Below are positions 37,201 through 52,200 of a DNA stretch of 64,000 bases, in pieces. The position numbers and the translations under genes were made by a program. The notes below the pieces were generated by a model that saw nothing but the letters and a program-made list of their open reading frames with translations, did not search any database and was not told where the DNA came from. Position 1 is the stretch's first letter, and the number at the start of each line of letters is the position of its first letter. Source of the stretch: Balanoglossus misakiensis (taxonomy: Eukaryota; Animalia; Hemichordata); assembly GCA_040954595.2 (NCBI GenBank), contig CM082576.2, positions 8,497,129 to 8,561,128 of the forward strand, written 5' to 3'.

Positions 37201-40200
37201 CTGTCTAGGCATAAAACTGTAGGCCTAAGTCCTAAGTGTTCGCATATATATTTGAAATGTATCACAAAAAAGGAGACAGAGACAACACAAGTCTTGCAAT
37301 ATAAACACAATGTTCACTGGTAGATTATGTTGGCACTCATACAGTTTAATGACACTAACATTGGGTATATCAAATGTTTATAATGTTTCATATAATGTGA
37401 CCAAAATTTGTGAAAATTTAACATCAGACGATAATCAACACGCTGGCGGCTATCACGTTTAACTTGCAAGTTGTAAATTATTTATTTCTTAAAACCAAAC
37501 TTTATAAGATCATTGCCAGTGTCTGAAACTTGCCTGTGGTGACATGTCGGTAAAGCCTTTTTACGTACGCTCTTTTTCATTCCAAACCACAAAGATACAA
37601 GAAAGACATAGCTAATGGGGCTTTAATGGGACTGGGTGCTGCAAGTTTAGGCACCCTATAGTATAAATCAATGTAATTTCTGCAGAATTGGCAGGAGTCT
37701 CTGAGATAAAAACTGCATCAATGTACACCAGTCTGTCTTTCCACCCGGGGAATACTTTCAATTCAACGTTCATCCTAATCTTCCAGTTTTCACCGTTTCA
37801 TACAAACGCTTGATACAGTTCAGACAGCGTGGATTCTAGATATCTCGCTGAGCTGAGGAGCAGGAGGTGAAGAACCGTGCGATTTACTTATCAGCCACTG
37901 AGGTTAATTTCGAGTTTACTCCCTGTCACAGAGACCCATGACTTCCCCACAAAGGCTGCAACAGCAGTAGTAATCTGAATTGAATTTTGCAATGCAAGGG
38001 TTGGGTGGGTGCGGATTTTACAGTGATTTTCGCCAAGTGTAAAAGCAGTCACAATAGATACTTTATCATGATTCCAGGTCAGTTTTCCATTGAAAGTGAC
38101 TCCTCCCCCCTCCTCCTTTCCTCCTGCAGTGACTGCTGATAATCCTACTGCACATCTAACGTTTAATCACACCCAACAGCAGAATCCTTGCAGAAGACCT
38201 CTCTGTCATGAATATGTATACCCTGTGTAATTCTTATGCACATCATAAACAGCATGCTAACAGGTGAAAATATATCCCAATTTTTTTTTTCAGAGTCTAC
38301 TTTCAATGCATTTCAAAACTTATGATGATACTTTTTTTTTGCTTCAAAGGGGGCAGGCTTCCAGTAGGAGTACGGATCCCAGGTAATAAACTCACTCATG
38401 GCAAAACATCGATCTAGCGTCGCAAATCTCAATCGTGTACCTGTGAGCAGATATCAAATACTTCATATTGAGAGCAAATAATTCATGACGGGGGTAAGAG
38501 CTATTTACCGTGATCATTCTCTTTGGGGTCGTTGTCGTAATCCTTCCCCAGCAAGTTGTACTGATTGGCGAGTTGGGAGATCTTCGCCGATGTTCCCAGC
38601 CGGTCGAAATCTTCCTCCTCCTCGTCCTCCTCAAAGTCCTCCATGTTGCCAATGTCTTGCTGGTAACTCATGATGCTGGCCAGACTCTGCATGTCGTCAT
38701 CGCTGAACAAGATTATAAAAAACAAATAAATAAATAAATATAAATAAAAACGGCTGCCAATCTCAGTGTAAGCCGGAATCACAGGCTGGGTTGGAATTGG
38801 CAAGACGTTTAGGAAACGTCTGAGTGTCAGGCAGGCTGACTTAATATTGATACCGACTTCGAAAAAGTATGATAGTGTCCATGAGTTTATCTTGATTAAG
38901 AATTGCATTAAAGATTGTGCAGATATCAATTTGACTTGAAATGACAACATTCTGTTTCAGTCTATAAATTATGCACAGCAGCAAAACTCCTATATCAAAA
39001 TTCTCTCTTCTAACACTGCTTTTATTAGAAAATTCTCTCATTCAAATCAATTAAACTTGCCAGCCAACATATACAAATGTTGTTACATTGATAAAGTTGT
39101 TAAAAGTTTGAAAGTGTTGAATTGTGAATGATACATTTACACATTCAAGAGCAACATCATTGGAGTATACTGCCATTACTCATGAATATTCATTAACTGT
39201 GTTTTGAGACGCGCCTTCCTGATTGGCTGTGATGCATTTTCGGCAAAACTTGATACCCCACAGAACTTTTTTCTCAGACGGAAAAGAAAAAAAGAAACAA
39301 GAATCGAGGGAAAGTCCGCTAAAGACTCAAATCAAAAAGAAGCCTCATTTACAACTGACATTTTCCGCCACTGAGGATTAGTGAGCATCCCTTGCTCCCC
39401 TCTGGGAAAAAAACTCACGTGGCAAATCCTTCCTTGAGCAGAACACATGATATGGTCACACTGAGTGCAGCAGCGACACACTTCTTGGTGAGGGCTTTGA
39501 AACCTATTTTCGCATTGGCCTGCGACGGCATGACACTGGCGTATTGCTTCATGTTGATGTGTTGCTCGGCGATCTTCTTCTTCTTTCCATTTTTGGCAAC
39601 CTGCGGCGGGAGAAAGGAGGTGCACGGTGTTATTAAAAGTATTCTGAGTGAAGTTAGTGAAGTTGCAATCACATATTCAAATGAAATGCAACATCAAGAA
39701 ACGTTTCATAGACTCAAGCTCTGGTGAGATAGACCCGTCCCTGCCCTTCAAAGACAGAGTAGAGTTCATGCACTCACTGCTCCATTTTGCATATGTGTGC
39801 AGATAAACCCTCAAGACTTTGCTGAGAAAATGAATTTTCCACTGTGAGATTACTTAGGTGAAGTTGGATATTAATCTGTGTGCGGAACGTGGCCTTCACT
39901 TATTTGAATAATCAAAACAAACTGATAATACCCAGGCCAATATAAAAACACTGTTAAATTAGTTACAAATTTTTTAAACATTATATTTGACTATTCCATA
40001 AGATACCGGTATATGATAAAATCTTTATGGCGCCGATATATATTTTGGCATCCTGTACGGCTGAAGAGCCCTCCCAAAGGTTGGGTCCTTAAGACATACA
40101 ACCTTGGGTGCCAAAAGATGCATCAGAACCATAAAGATTATTAAAATACATCAGTTACACACTGATCTACCCCTTCGGTGAGATCAGTGTCGTCTGTGAA

Positions 40201-43200
40201 GTTATCCTTGACACGATTGAATTTGAGCAACTTCTACAACATTGAGATACATAATTGATATGGTGGGAAAGTATATCACAAAGATGTTCATGTTCAAACG
40301 TGAGAAAATTAAATGTCATATCACGTAAGGTTTCGCTAGCGGAGGAGGCCTTTCGTTTCGATCTACACCCAGTATTCTTCTGCGAGTTGCTCTCAAAATG
40401 GGCAGTATTTACTGGACAGACCAACCAATGCCTAATTAATCAATGTCTATAAAAAATAATCTCATAAAACTTGCCATCTATCAGATAATACAACACTGAC
40501 TACAGACAGGGTTTGGGGGACAGGGTACACTTTCCCCAAAATCTGTGCAAAAATTTGGAGAAACCACAAAACGGGTGGCGTTAGCATGTACACAACACAC
40601 ACACAAACCCTATGATGATGTCAGCCAAAACCAGATTTTTTTTTGCGAACATCTACAATATGAATCTTCACTGTGGTGAGCTATATGGGTCACATGGCCA
40701 TGAACTGTTTACCCTGCTCCCACAAGAAACATCATTGTCTTTTTTTTTAACCACAAGCATTCCCATTGGATTTGTTTTAATTAAAAGTGAGCGTGTCCTC
40801 CTTTTTGAGGGGGAAATTATATAGTTCATACTCGGTGCAGTGTCTTGGCTGTTTGAATCAGTCGTATTGTATGCAGCCCCTCAGTGTGTTCAGACACAAA
40901 GGGAAAAGCGAAGGTTTCCTTCCTGTCTCTTTTTTTTTCTTTCCGTCTTCACTCCGCGCAGAAGAAGCTTCATTTAATATTGAAGAAATACACCCAGAGA
41001 AATTTCCACTTACATCTTCAATAACAAAAGTCCATTCCTTGTCTTCGTATTCCGCTTCTGGCCGATTCTCCTGCAAACGAGAGACGACATCTCGTCAAAC
41101 AAATGAAGTTTACCGTGATGCTTTTTTTTTTTGCACTGCTTGAAGGGAGTGAGTTCTCCTGGGAGGACCACGCACACAGACCCGTTCTTTCATAGTTTTT
41201 TTTTTCTGATTCGCCAGCATCTCAAGTGATGTACAAAACCAGTCAACCCCCCCCCCCCCCTCAACAGTGCATACTCCTTCAGGAGGTAGAATTGGCAAGA
41301 GCAACAGTTGAAATTTGTAATGATTGAAAGATAGGAGCCAACATTCTGCACAGAATGAAAAAAAAAACCATAGCAGACATGTGGGCTCAAAGGCATTATT
41401 ACAGCGATCCAAACAGTCGGAACTTTCCAAAATAGGGGCACGAGCTGAAATGGAAAGCTAGGGAGTAATAAAAAAATATTAACTATACTGTTAAACTTTC
41501 CTCAACTCTTTGATGATTTTGAAGCAAATTTCTTGATTCATTATATTTCTGAGATACATTTAGGTCAAAAAGTAGCCTATTCTAACATCTTAACTGAATT
41601 ATTGTTTGATATGAAACCGCTAAATAATGGCTGAAGAGCTATCACAAAATCATGCACATTAATTATAGACAAAAAAATGAAAGTGATTTTTTAATTATAA
41701 ATAAATGATAACAACTGTTACATCGCTTGCAGTGGTATCTCTCGGTCCCCCTCCCTCTTTTCTCTTATCCAGTTTAAAAACTTTGCAGTCTATCATATTT
41801 CACAAAGGTGATCCCACAACGTCTTTTGCACTTTTCTATTGAGTGGACTCTGAAATGAAGATTTCACCAAGCAATGAATTTTTCATACCTCCCATATGTG
41901 TACAACATGAAATATTTCTAACAATAACATGTCGGCTATTTAAGGAGAGATTTGTTGTTTTCATTTACCTTGAAGAGGGTGACTTGTACTTCTAGATTCT
42001 CTGGCACGGTCCACAATACGCTGCCCCTGTAAGGATCCTGAATACCTGGGACCCAGCTGTGTACCTGAAAGAGCACAAAACAAGGTGATAACTTATCCCC
42101 ATATAAAAGTACATTTTCTGAAAGGAAAAATAAAACTACATCTTCTGAAAGGAAAACAAATGATTCTTGACTATTCCAAACAAGGCTCTCTGAAAAAGCA
42201 TGAGACCACGTTATCAAAGGGGCAAAATCAAAAAAATCTCAAGCTTTAATCTTGTGATAAATTGATATATTAAACTCACTTCGGTGACTTTCCTCCTTCC
42301 TCTTCTTGTCCATACTATTCTTAATTTATTCGGCTGCCTGGTGAGGTTGAAGCGGTGAGAAAAACAAAACAGAGAAGGGCAGAGTTTAGCAAGAATCATT
42401 CGGCAATCACTAACACTTTAATTTTTCTTCCACTGCAAGGATTATACAACTTGTGAACTCCCAAAATCTGATTGATGTAAATACAGTTGTATGATGTGTC
42501 AAATCGACTAGAAGTACAATGTATTCAGAACTTCCAACAAGTTAAAAGTTGCAAGGTTTTTGGGAAAAAGAAGACAAGTTAAGTTTCAACAAAAAAACTG
42601 TCAAACAACACACATTGCTGTAGTGTTAGTTAGCAATTAAGCATGTTCGGTTGTGCAACTCAGTGAGCAGATTCTTTCGTACGCATTTAGAGCTGTTAAG
42701 GGAGTTGTCTGTTCTCTAAGTATCACTCAATCAACACTACACCTCTGTGCCTACAGCTTTTTCTTGTCTAAACTACACATACATCTCTCCCCTATTTTGC
42801 AAACACAGACTGCACATTGTAATGTTGAACTTTGCGTAAACGAGCAACCGTGTCAATATGAACATGCCACAAGTGGGCAGCCCAATGGTCTCCTGTTAAA
42901 AGTTTAGGTTTTGTCTGTGGGGCTGGGTTGTTTTTATTAGCCCATACATTACATGGACCGAGGAATTTTTCAGTTAATTGCACCGATGAATGGGGATCGT
43001 GCCGGGAAATCAATCAGTCGCTTGGGCTCTCTCTTTTTTTCTTGAACGCCCTCACTGGAGGAGGCCAGGAGACATCTCGTGCAAGTCACATGGGCATTGT
43101 TTTGACGCGCAAACCAGGCCGGGTGGAGGTCGATCAATCGGTCTCTTTACAGACAGGATTTGCGGTGGAAGTTTCTTATATACAAGGAATACACCGAGAC

Positions 43201-46200
43201 AATTGTCCCAGTGAGATGCAGCGGTTGATCCAAACAAGTTTTTTTTTTGTTTATTTCCCATTCAGTTCAGAGCTCACTGTAATCCCATTTTTCTGCAGAT
43301 GGGGGAAGGAGGAGGGAATGGTGGGGAGGGAAAAAATTCTTGACATTGTTTCGAGGAATGTGTTTGCATACACAAGCAAAGAAATGCAGCAGCGAAATGT
43401 TTTTGCCACTTGTTGCCTATTTATGCCTTATTTTGGGATCAGGAAATAAGTCGGGATAATTCCCGAAAAACTTCCCGGAATACAAAAAGAAAGAGAAAGA
43501 ATGAAAAAGAAAAAAAGAAAAACAAATCCCAGCGATGAATAGCGGGGAGTAACTAAGTACCATTTGTGACGGAGCGGAGAATCTTCTTAACTTTTCTCCG
43601 CGATATGCCCAAACACTTTAATCTCCGCTGAGACAATAGAGATTCCTGAAACTTACAGAGGTAATAATGATGGGCACTTTGCATGTAACAGTTGCGTTGG
43701 AATGTCTACTAATACATACAGAAAAAAAAAATATGCAGGTGTATTCTTGACCAGACAACACTAATAGTTAGAGGGCGAGAGCTGACCACTCCAGCCCATC
43801 ACTCATTTTCTCTTTGTTTACATCAGCTGTTGCCAGGGAGACATCCTTGTCATTTCAAGTCTGTGGGAATCCTTATCTATGGGTCCTTTGTCTGACCATA
43901 TGTCATGTTTAAGATTGGCTAATCTTCCAGCCGACTCCAATTGTTTCGGAAGGACTGACAGTCTGTGATTGTACCGATCGCAATTTCGCGATTCCAACAA
44001 CCGCCACAAATCTATATTAAAATAAAAAAGTCTGGACCTGTGTTCTGGCAGTTTGACTAATTGGCACATATGAAACAATATGGGTACTATTTTTAGGATC
44101 CGAGGGTACAGAAGAACTTCGACTCTAACAAGGTCTGAGCGTTCGTTCGCCCTCGCAATTGACGTTGTCCACCTTCAAAACATACTCGCAGCAGATTACA
44201 TAACCGAGCTGCCCTATTCTGCTCATTTCCAATTATCTGTACATGAAAAGTGGGCTTATTTTCGCATCAACTGCTCCGTTATACGCCATTGAACTTTTTC
44301 CGTCCGTGTTTTCGCATCCATTGTGTGCTGGCATTGTGCCGCGTGAATGGAGAAGTTTGGCGATCAACTCCCACCTCACAATATCATGGCTGGTTGAATG
44401 TTGTCGCTCTTCATAGCCGACACAATGACTAGTCCGATTCTTTCATTTTATTTATTTATTTATTTTCAATGGGTTGCGGAGGACAAAAAAATCCCCTTTC
44501 AACTTGGGCTACAGTTGAGCGCAGAAACTTTTCACACCTCATGACTATTAGTCAGCAGAAGAAAAAGATACACAAGATTGGCTTTATGGCATATTTTTAT
44601 GGAGAAGGAATACCAGTATTCTCTGTGATTGCATTTTAAATAATAATATTCGCCTCATCTTTGAGCAAAACAAAATGAATGTTATCACCCAAGGACTAGA
44701 CAAACTCACTTCATAATAGTAGACATTACGACAAAATACTTTCATTACATGTATGTCACGACCTGGGATGTTGTGATTTCTTGTTTGAAAACTGAATTCG
44801 TAATGTATCTTCTCATCAAAAATAAAACACACTGCCAAATACATCACTTTATTGGAAAGAGACAACCCATTTCCATGGATACAGGGTAGGATTCTGTTTT
44901 CAATATTACCACCCTTCTCAACAGGCCATATTCATCTACCCACGTTTATTTCTGATGATGAACAAGCACGCTGCTAACACTGTGACAGTAAATGTTGACA
45001 ATATTTATCTCCAGTGCTGCAACTAATCCGAGAAACAACAAGCAGTCAACCCACTACTGTTTTGGATCCACGCCAAAACACGATCCAGTCTAGACATCAA
45101 TTGAATGTCTTTTTTCGCCATGCACTACTACATTACGCAGTTTCACCTGTGGAAATAAAGAAGAAAACCCCAGACAAGAATTCTCTGTGTTTCAACCTGT
45201 AAACACCTGTTCCCTGGCAAAGGAGTACGAAGGCACGTACTCTCAGTAGATTTTGGCCCGGGGATGTTTGCCGTGACCTAAGGTCAAAAAGCTTAACCCC
45301 CTTACTATCTCTTACACTTTTCTGTGAAAAAGAAAATAAATACTTTGTCCGGTTGTATGCAGCTGATGCTGCTGCTGCTGTACATGACATGAAAAATAAA
45401 TTGGCAAAAGAAAAGTATCTGTAATCCTCTTTGCAGAAACTTGCTCATGAATTTCTCATGTCAGAAAATGCCAGATTTTTCGTCTTCCGTGCAATAAATT
45501 TGCAGAAACCGGCATTTATTAATTTACAATGGCGTAACATGATAGATTAATATTTTTTTTTCACCTTGCCCGTCCTGTTGGCTAGGATGAAAGCGATTTA
45601 CGGGGTCAAAAAGTAACCTGGTGCGATGGAGATAGAATGAAGGCACCTGTAAGTCTACCTTGCTTGTGTATGTAGCAGAGGTTAGGTTTGGTTTGTTTGC
45701 GTGTCTAATGACCCCAAAAGCAAAATATTTTGCCTTGTGTTTCTTTCATAAGACGTGCCCTGGTGTTGTACAATCCCATCCCAGAACCAAGGTAACACAG
45801 ATAAATCATGCCTGTTATACTGTTCAAAAAAAAAACACCACACAAAAAAAACACCACCATGAATGGACCTGAATAGCCAACCTGGCTCACTTTCACCATT
45901 GGCATCAGCTTGGCGCTCGGCCAGCACAGTCAAAACGATGCCGATATTTTCCACAGATCAAAATTTTGAAAAGACGTTTCTTTTCATTCCATTCATTCGC
46001 GGGTCCAAAAAAAAAAAAGAAGACAAAAAATCACTGCATTCACATGTCTACTTTGTGTCAGTGGGGACTTATGAAACATGCCAGGCTCTTTGTCAATCCA
46101 AACACAAAATGCAAAGCGCCTTTATTTTTTCAAAATTGTAAATATAATTCTATTTAAATGTAACTGTTTGTGCGCGCGGGACTATTGTAAAAAGTGACCC

Positions 46201-49200
46201 GGAGGACGGATGCTGACACAGGTTCCCCCTCGGACTCCTCCGCTCCATTGAAAAGCGGCAGCTGTACTCTGCTTTTTCATGTAGCCATTAACGAATGGAG
46301 ATGGCTTTTATGAGCACAATTTTATTGGCTTTTAAAAAGAGGGGGAATACAATTTGTAGCAGTTGTTTCTCGTTGTAGCAACAAGGCCTGGTTGAGTATC
46401 GGTGCCTGTGGACGACCCCCCCCCCCCCCCCTTTTAACAGGCAACAGCTTGGAGTCAGTTTCAAAATCTAAAAAAAAAATGATGGTGAACATTTAATTAT
46501 AAGCCATTACATGAATAATTATGGTAATTACTTAGAAACTGTTTCTTTTTACGTACGATAAAGGATTAGACAAATTTTTTATGAATACCTTCTCCCTTAT
46601 TAAAAGCGTATTGTTCCGGCCGAGCCATTCCAGGGTTCTGATGTAGGCTTACGTGTAATGTTCTCGTTTTCATGGGAATTTAATCAAGGAGATTGGATTT
46701 AATTTGGGGGCAAAATTACAGCACACTGCCCACAATGCCAGTAACATCAATTTCCCATGGAAAAATGTCACATCATGAGAAAATCTTTTATTAATTGCTT
46801 TTTTTCTCTCTCTCTCTCTGCCAACATCATTAATTATACTTCCTATACCGATAGGACAATTTTATTTCCGTACAAACTAGATTGAGCTGAACTGATTAGG
46901 GTTGTAGTGGTCATGTTTGAGGATTATCTCCTCGTAAGGTTTTTATTCTAAGTCATCTTCATCCAATTTCTGGATGATTGCAATACAAAATCAAATTCGG
47001 GCGGTGGCCTTGTGCACAAGTGGAAGTCCAATTTCTTGTTTTGTTCAGAAATTTACTCAGTCGTTACAAACGACTCAGTTCAGTGTAGATGACACTTTAA
47101 GTTGAAGGACCCTTTGATGTTTGGCCATTCACTCACACACTGAAGAGTGCTGCAAGAAAATTGTACATCTTGTTGTCTGAGACACAACAGACACTCTGCT
47201 GTCTTTGAACTGAACCAATCTTATTTGTGGATGTCAATGCGCCGTACGTACCCCCCAAAAAACAAGCAATCAGCCTTTACGGTGTGATATTCAATCCTGT
47301 TTTGAGCTACTGACAATCTGGAGAACCACATAATATCATAATAGTCATAATATCACTAGGTTTTATTTCAATGTAGTGGATTTAATTATAAATCAGTAAA
47401 ACTCTGGTAGAGAAATTACAACCCAGTGAACATGTATCAGTAATGTGGGATGACTCACTTTTTCATTGTTCATCACAATTAAAAATAAACCCAGACAGCC
47501 CCAAAATTCCTCTCCTGCGAAAGGTTTCTTTCACGTAGTGTCAATTGTATCTTATGTAGACGTTTAAAGAAATCAATTTCTCCAGCGAATACAGCTAACA
47601 GCCGAACACTTGCTTCTTGGGCAAATGTTTATTCACACGGTGGTTGATCAGTAATGAAGTATGCCCTCTACAGTCCAAATGACAAACCTCTGGTGTGATG
47701 AGTATGAGGGATTCAGAGAACGACGGTTGATGAAGGGGTAAATCCCTCATTTTATGTTTCAGGATACTGGGTTTCAACAGAAATAAAAGAAGTATTAATG
47801 AAGAATGACTGAAAACAGCATAGGAATCTTGATGGTTAGAAAGCAGGGTGCACACAGGTCTGCTCTCGTCTGTGGCAGTGAAGTTGACATGCTTCAATGA
47901 AAATTTGTTTTCACGATGGCAGTAATGACACAGACACTAATTTGACAAATTGGGGCACTTCTGAAAATTCCACGTAACAGAAATGCCAACTTCTGGAAGC
48001 AAAAGTCGAGGGACTTGCATATTTTGTTACAGGCAGCCATATTCATAGAGTTTTGGGATAAGAGAACATCTTTTCAAGGAGAGAACAATGAAAAGGCTTG
48101 TTCTAGATACAGTGACACCAGTGAGGGGGGACTATCACTAGGTTTCTTTCCCCCAGTGACTTGAGTGTGTAGGTGTACCATCCACAAGATGTGCGATTTG
48201 TAAATTACCCCGCCTTTGCCAGGTCTCTCTAACACAGGCACGTTCAGGACTGGCGGCTACAAGTCCGTATGAGCAGTTGAGCTTGTCACGCCTGGAAAAC
48301 TTTCTCCCAAGAACACAATGAAGCAGCTTTGAAGCGTTGTTGGGTAGTTTCTTTTTTTTTCTGAACCCAAAGAAAGGGCTACTTTGCTTGGGGCAAAGGG
48401 TGACAAAACAAAACTGCTACAGATTCAACGTATCTACAATGTACCATCCCCAAGCTGGCTTACACTCCGAATGAGATTTCAAACTTGCAGGGAAAATCAG
48501 TGATTCTTGCATTTTTTGTGCTGGGACAGTGCTCCTTCCACAACGAAATTCCCACAAGCACAGATGACAGCCACAAAGCGCTACGGACAGCGATCTTACG
48601 GGGGAAAAAAAAGCAGAGTGGCTGCAGTACACAAGTTAACGAAGTTGGCTGAGAGAGCACATTTCTTTGTTTAGTTTTTTTTGGCACAGGTACAGGGTAT
48701 AACTGTATTTTTATGAGGTCTTGTGGAGTAGTTTGAAGAAAGCAATGAATGAAGCGACATAGGGATTTGTCGGACGGACTACATGTCTGCCCTAATAGAG
48801 CATGATTTGTGACAAATTGCCCAGTAATTACTTCGCGCTGCCCTGCCCTTCTGCGTCCAAAAACTGACGTGTGGAAGTGGTGTACGGACATCGTAAATCT
48901 TAACCCCTCCACTCAATGCGACAGAAGAAAGTGGAGGAATGAGATTGCCCCGGCTTTTGACTGATGACTTGTCTGGGCATTGTGATTCAGGGGGGAGGGA
49001 TTAGTACCGCACAATACACCATGGTTTGTTAGTGTGTGTATACAGTGGTGCGCGAAGCCTGGACTATTTCAAGCCTGTAAATCGGAGGTGGAGCCTACAC
49101 TTTTTTTTAACAAAATCACCACGCAATTGGTATTGATCACCGAGGCTGTCTTCCCTTTCACGGCCGCTGAAAGAGGTACACAGTCAAAAGAAATGCTGCT

Positions 49201-52200
49201 TGATTGCTGTCAATTTGTAAACTACTTGAGAAATACCTGCCGTGTCACTAGTGATTGCGGCTGACAAGACGGGGGGAAGAAGAGAGGGGGCCCAAAGCGG
49301 TGCTTCGTTAATGTCGAGGGGGGCAAAGAAAGTTAATTAACTGTGGACGGAGGAGGGGGTGGGACTGCGGAAGAGGGAGAGGGGTTCAATAAAAGACGAG
49401 GGAAAATGAAATAGAACTTGTCAGGCCGGTGTAATCAACCTGGACATAACACTAAACAGGTGAGATGGGCATGTGGGTAGGGTCTTCAATTGCAGGTGCA
49501 TACATTACCGTACACGGCAACTCAGGAAATGCCGGCAGTCGGCTAGAAAACCCAAGTGGCTAATATGGGTTCTTGGTGTAAGGAACCGTAACAAGTGGTT
49601 GGCTGTTAACTTTTGGGTGCCGCAGCGAATTCAAAGGACCCCTTGAAATTCTTTTCACCTGACATCATCCCAAATAAATTGGGAATCTTCATACACCCCG
49701 AGGGCAGACGCGCGCAGAGTGAAATCAAATAAAGAATAAAACACACCCAAATTTCCAATTACCCGTGTAATTTTCAAGATGCGTCTAAACGATTGGGGCC
49801 GGGCCCCAGGTTTGTCCATCACGATGCACGGGGCGCCCCGGACATTCCATGAGTGCATTTACAAGATGATTTGCTGAATTGTCCTCTTGCCAGTCAAGCC
49901 CTTGTTTATGGCTTGTCGTCACATACCTCGGCCAATTGCTTATAATTACACTGGGGGCTTTGAAGTCATTGTGCCCACCGGCCCGCTCAATGGGGGCTGG
50001 CATCAAAAGGAAAGAGGGGGGGGGGGGGGAGGCATGGGAGAGAAGCCCCCCGAGTCAATGGCAGCCCAGCACAGCTGTAACAATCACATAATCATAGTAA
50101 TCAACAACAAAGGCGTATACAAAACAGGCCCTATTAGCATGCATAAACCGGACCATCCCCATTCTCATGCAAACGCCGGGCCATTATTGTCCCGATGAGA
50201 TTACCACAATTCACTTATTTCAAAACTGAAGAAGGAGGGAGAGAGAGAGAAAAGAAGGCGCACAGACATGGTAATGGGGCAGCTCCACAATTTCAATCAT
50301 GTCACGCTTCAATTGATCCTTTACTAATTAGCTCTGAATTAAAGAAACATACAATGTCCCGGAGTGGAACAATCCGTAGGAATTTTCCTTCATTCACCCT
50401 TTTTACACCGGTGATGACAAAACAAAATTAACCCCTTGATAACGCCTGCACCAATAAAAAAAAAAAAAGATTGCATTCTCTTTTCTTCCGCTGCCCTGGA
50501 TGTAATTGACAGAACTACTGTAGCCTTCACGGCGAAACAGGCATATTGTGCAAATCTGTCATTACGATGATGATCGGCCGCCGAGATTAGTCACTGTCAA
50601 GATGCCAGGATGCATCTCTGGGGACACGTGAATGGCAGGAGCATGAATGAAAAGAGAGAGAGAGAGAAAAAAAAAAGCAGGCAGAGATGTTTTCACTCCA
50701 TCCAAGTCATCAGTCTGGAATGAAGGGGTGCCATGACAACTGCCAATGCAACACAGAAGTTTTTTTCTTCTTCTTCAAAGCAGATGTGTACAAACCTTCG
50801 AAGGCGCGCACGCACACACAGAGAAAAGAAAACAGGAACTCCTAACAAATCGTTTTCACTTCAGCGCCACTTTGTAAGCTGTTGTACTAGGGGCATGCCG
50901 GCTGGTCAAAAGCAACTGACCTTGCAATTGACTGAATCACATCCTGCTGATGAGTGACAACTGAAGGCAGGCCAATGCAAAAAAATATAATACAAGTCAC
51001 GGAATGAATGAATGACAGCTGAAATCAATAGGGAGGTGTCATATCATCATATCAGCTTTCCTCGAGGGGAAAAGTTAACAGTTGACAAATAAATAAAAAA
51101 ACTTGAGAAAATTGATTCTTTTTTAACAAGTATGCTCCAGGAAGGGTAAACTTTGTGGATTTTCCAGTCAGTGGGCTGCAACAGAAGTGTGTAGGTGCTA
51201 CAACCATTGAACATGGAGAAGGAGTTGTTTCTTTAACCTGTGTTTGACGATAACGGAGTCTTCACAGTTTCAAGTTAGAAGGTATTTTTAGGATGAGAAG
51301 AAATCACAGAAGCAGAAGTGACAGATTGCCGGGGTGGAAAGCTGCGAAAATGCCCCCGCCATCAATCTCTTGGCACGGACACAACCAGGTGGCTAAAACA
51401 CTGTTGTGTAAGACACTTCAAAATTAAGTGAAACACTTGTAAGGGATGAGATTGTCACTTTGGGGAGAAAACCCCTTTGAGGTGATTATGGCGCTAATAA
51501 ATGGTTTCTCAATTAGCCGTGTCTTAAATTAGTCTCGCTTTCGGCTCTGGTTTGTTCGACAACACACTTCGCGCAGCGACTTATCTCACGCGTGAGAAAC
51601 AACCACTTTTGCAAAAACCGGCTTTCTGTGCAACCAGCAGAGGAAATGTGGGTGAGGCAAGGCAAGAAAAGGGTCACAGAGTTCAAAAGCCACATTGGTC
51701 CATTCTGATAAATGCTGTGTCAAAGATCTTGAGGCTGTTGAGAAAAGTTAATGGGTATAGAGAAAGCCCCAGAGAGGGAACTGACCATGATTTTCTGGGA
51801 AATCCCTCTCGAGTCTGAAAATAAAGGTTTATTGAAAGCAAATGTCAGCATGGATGATGAAACAGCTATGATGAAAATATGGAATGCTGGCTTGAATTGT
51901 GCCCGTGAGCCGAAAATATATAACTGGACCTCCATATCTGTAAACTTTTGGTTGATGTGAGTCTCTGTCTGTACCCACCAGTACACAGTGTGGAAGTCTC
52001 TTTTTCCCTATATCCTCAGTGATTACTCCTCCTTCCGACTTTTTGTTATCCAGAGGAGGTAAAGAAATCTGGCTGAAACAAGCCAGGTATCGCTGTGGTG
52101 TTTCAGGATTTAGGGAAAGAGGCTGGGGTACATTAGCGAAGAACAATAAGTGCATACAACTCCATTGGAGCTCAAGTTGCCCAGTGTTTTCATTTTGCCG

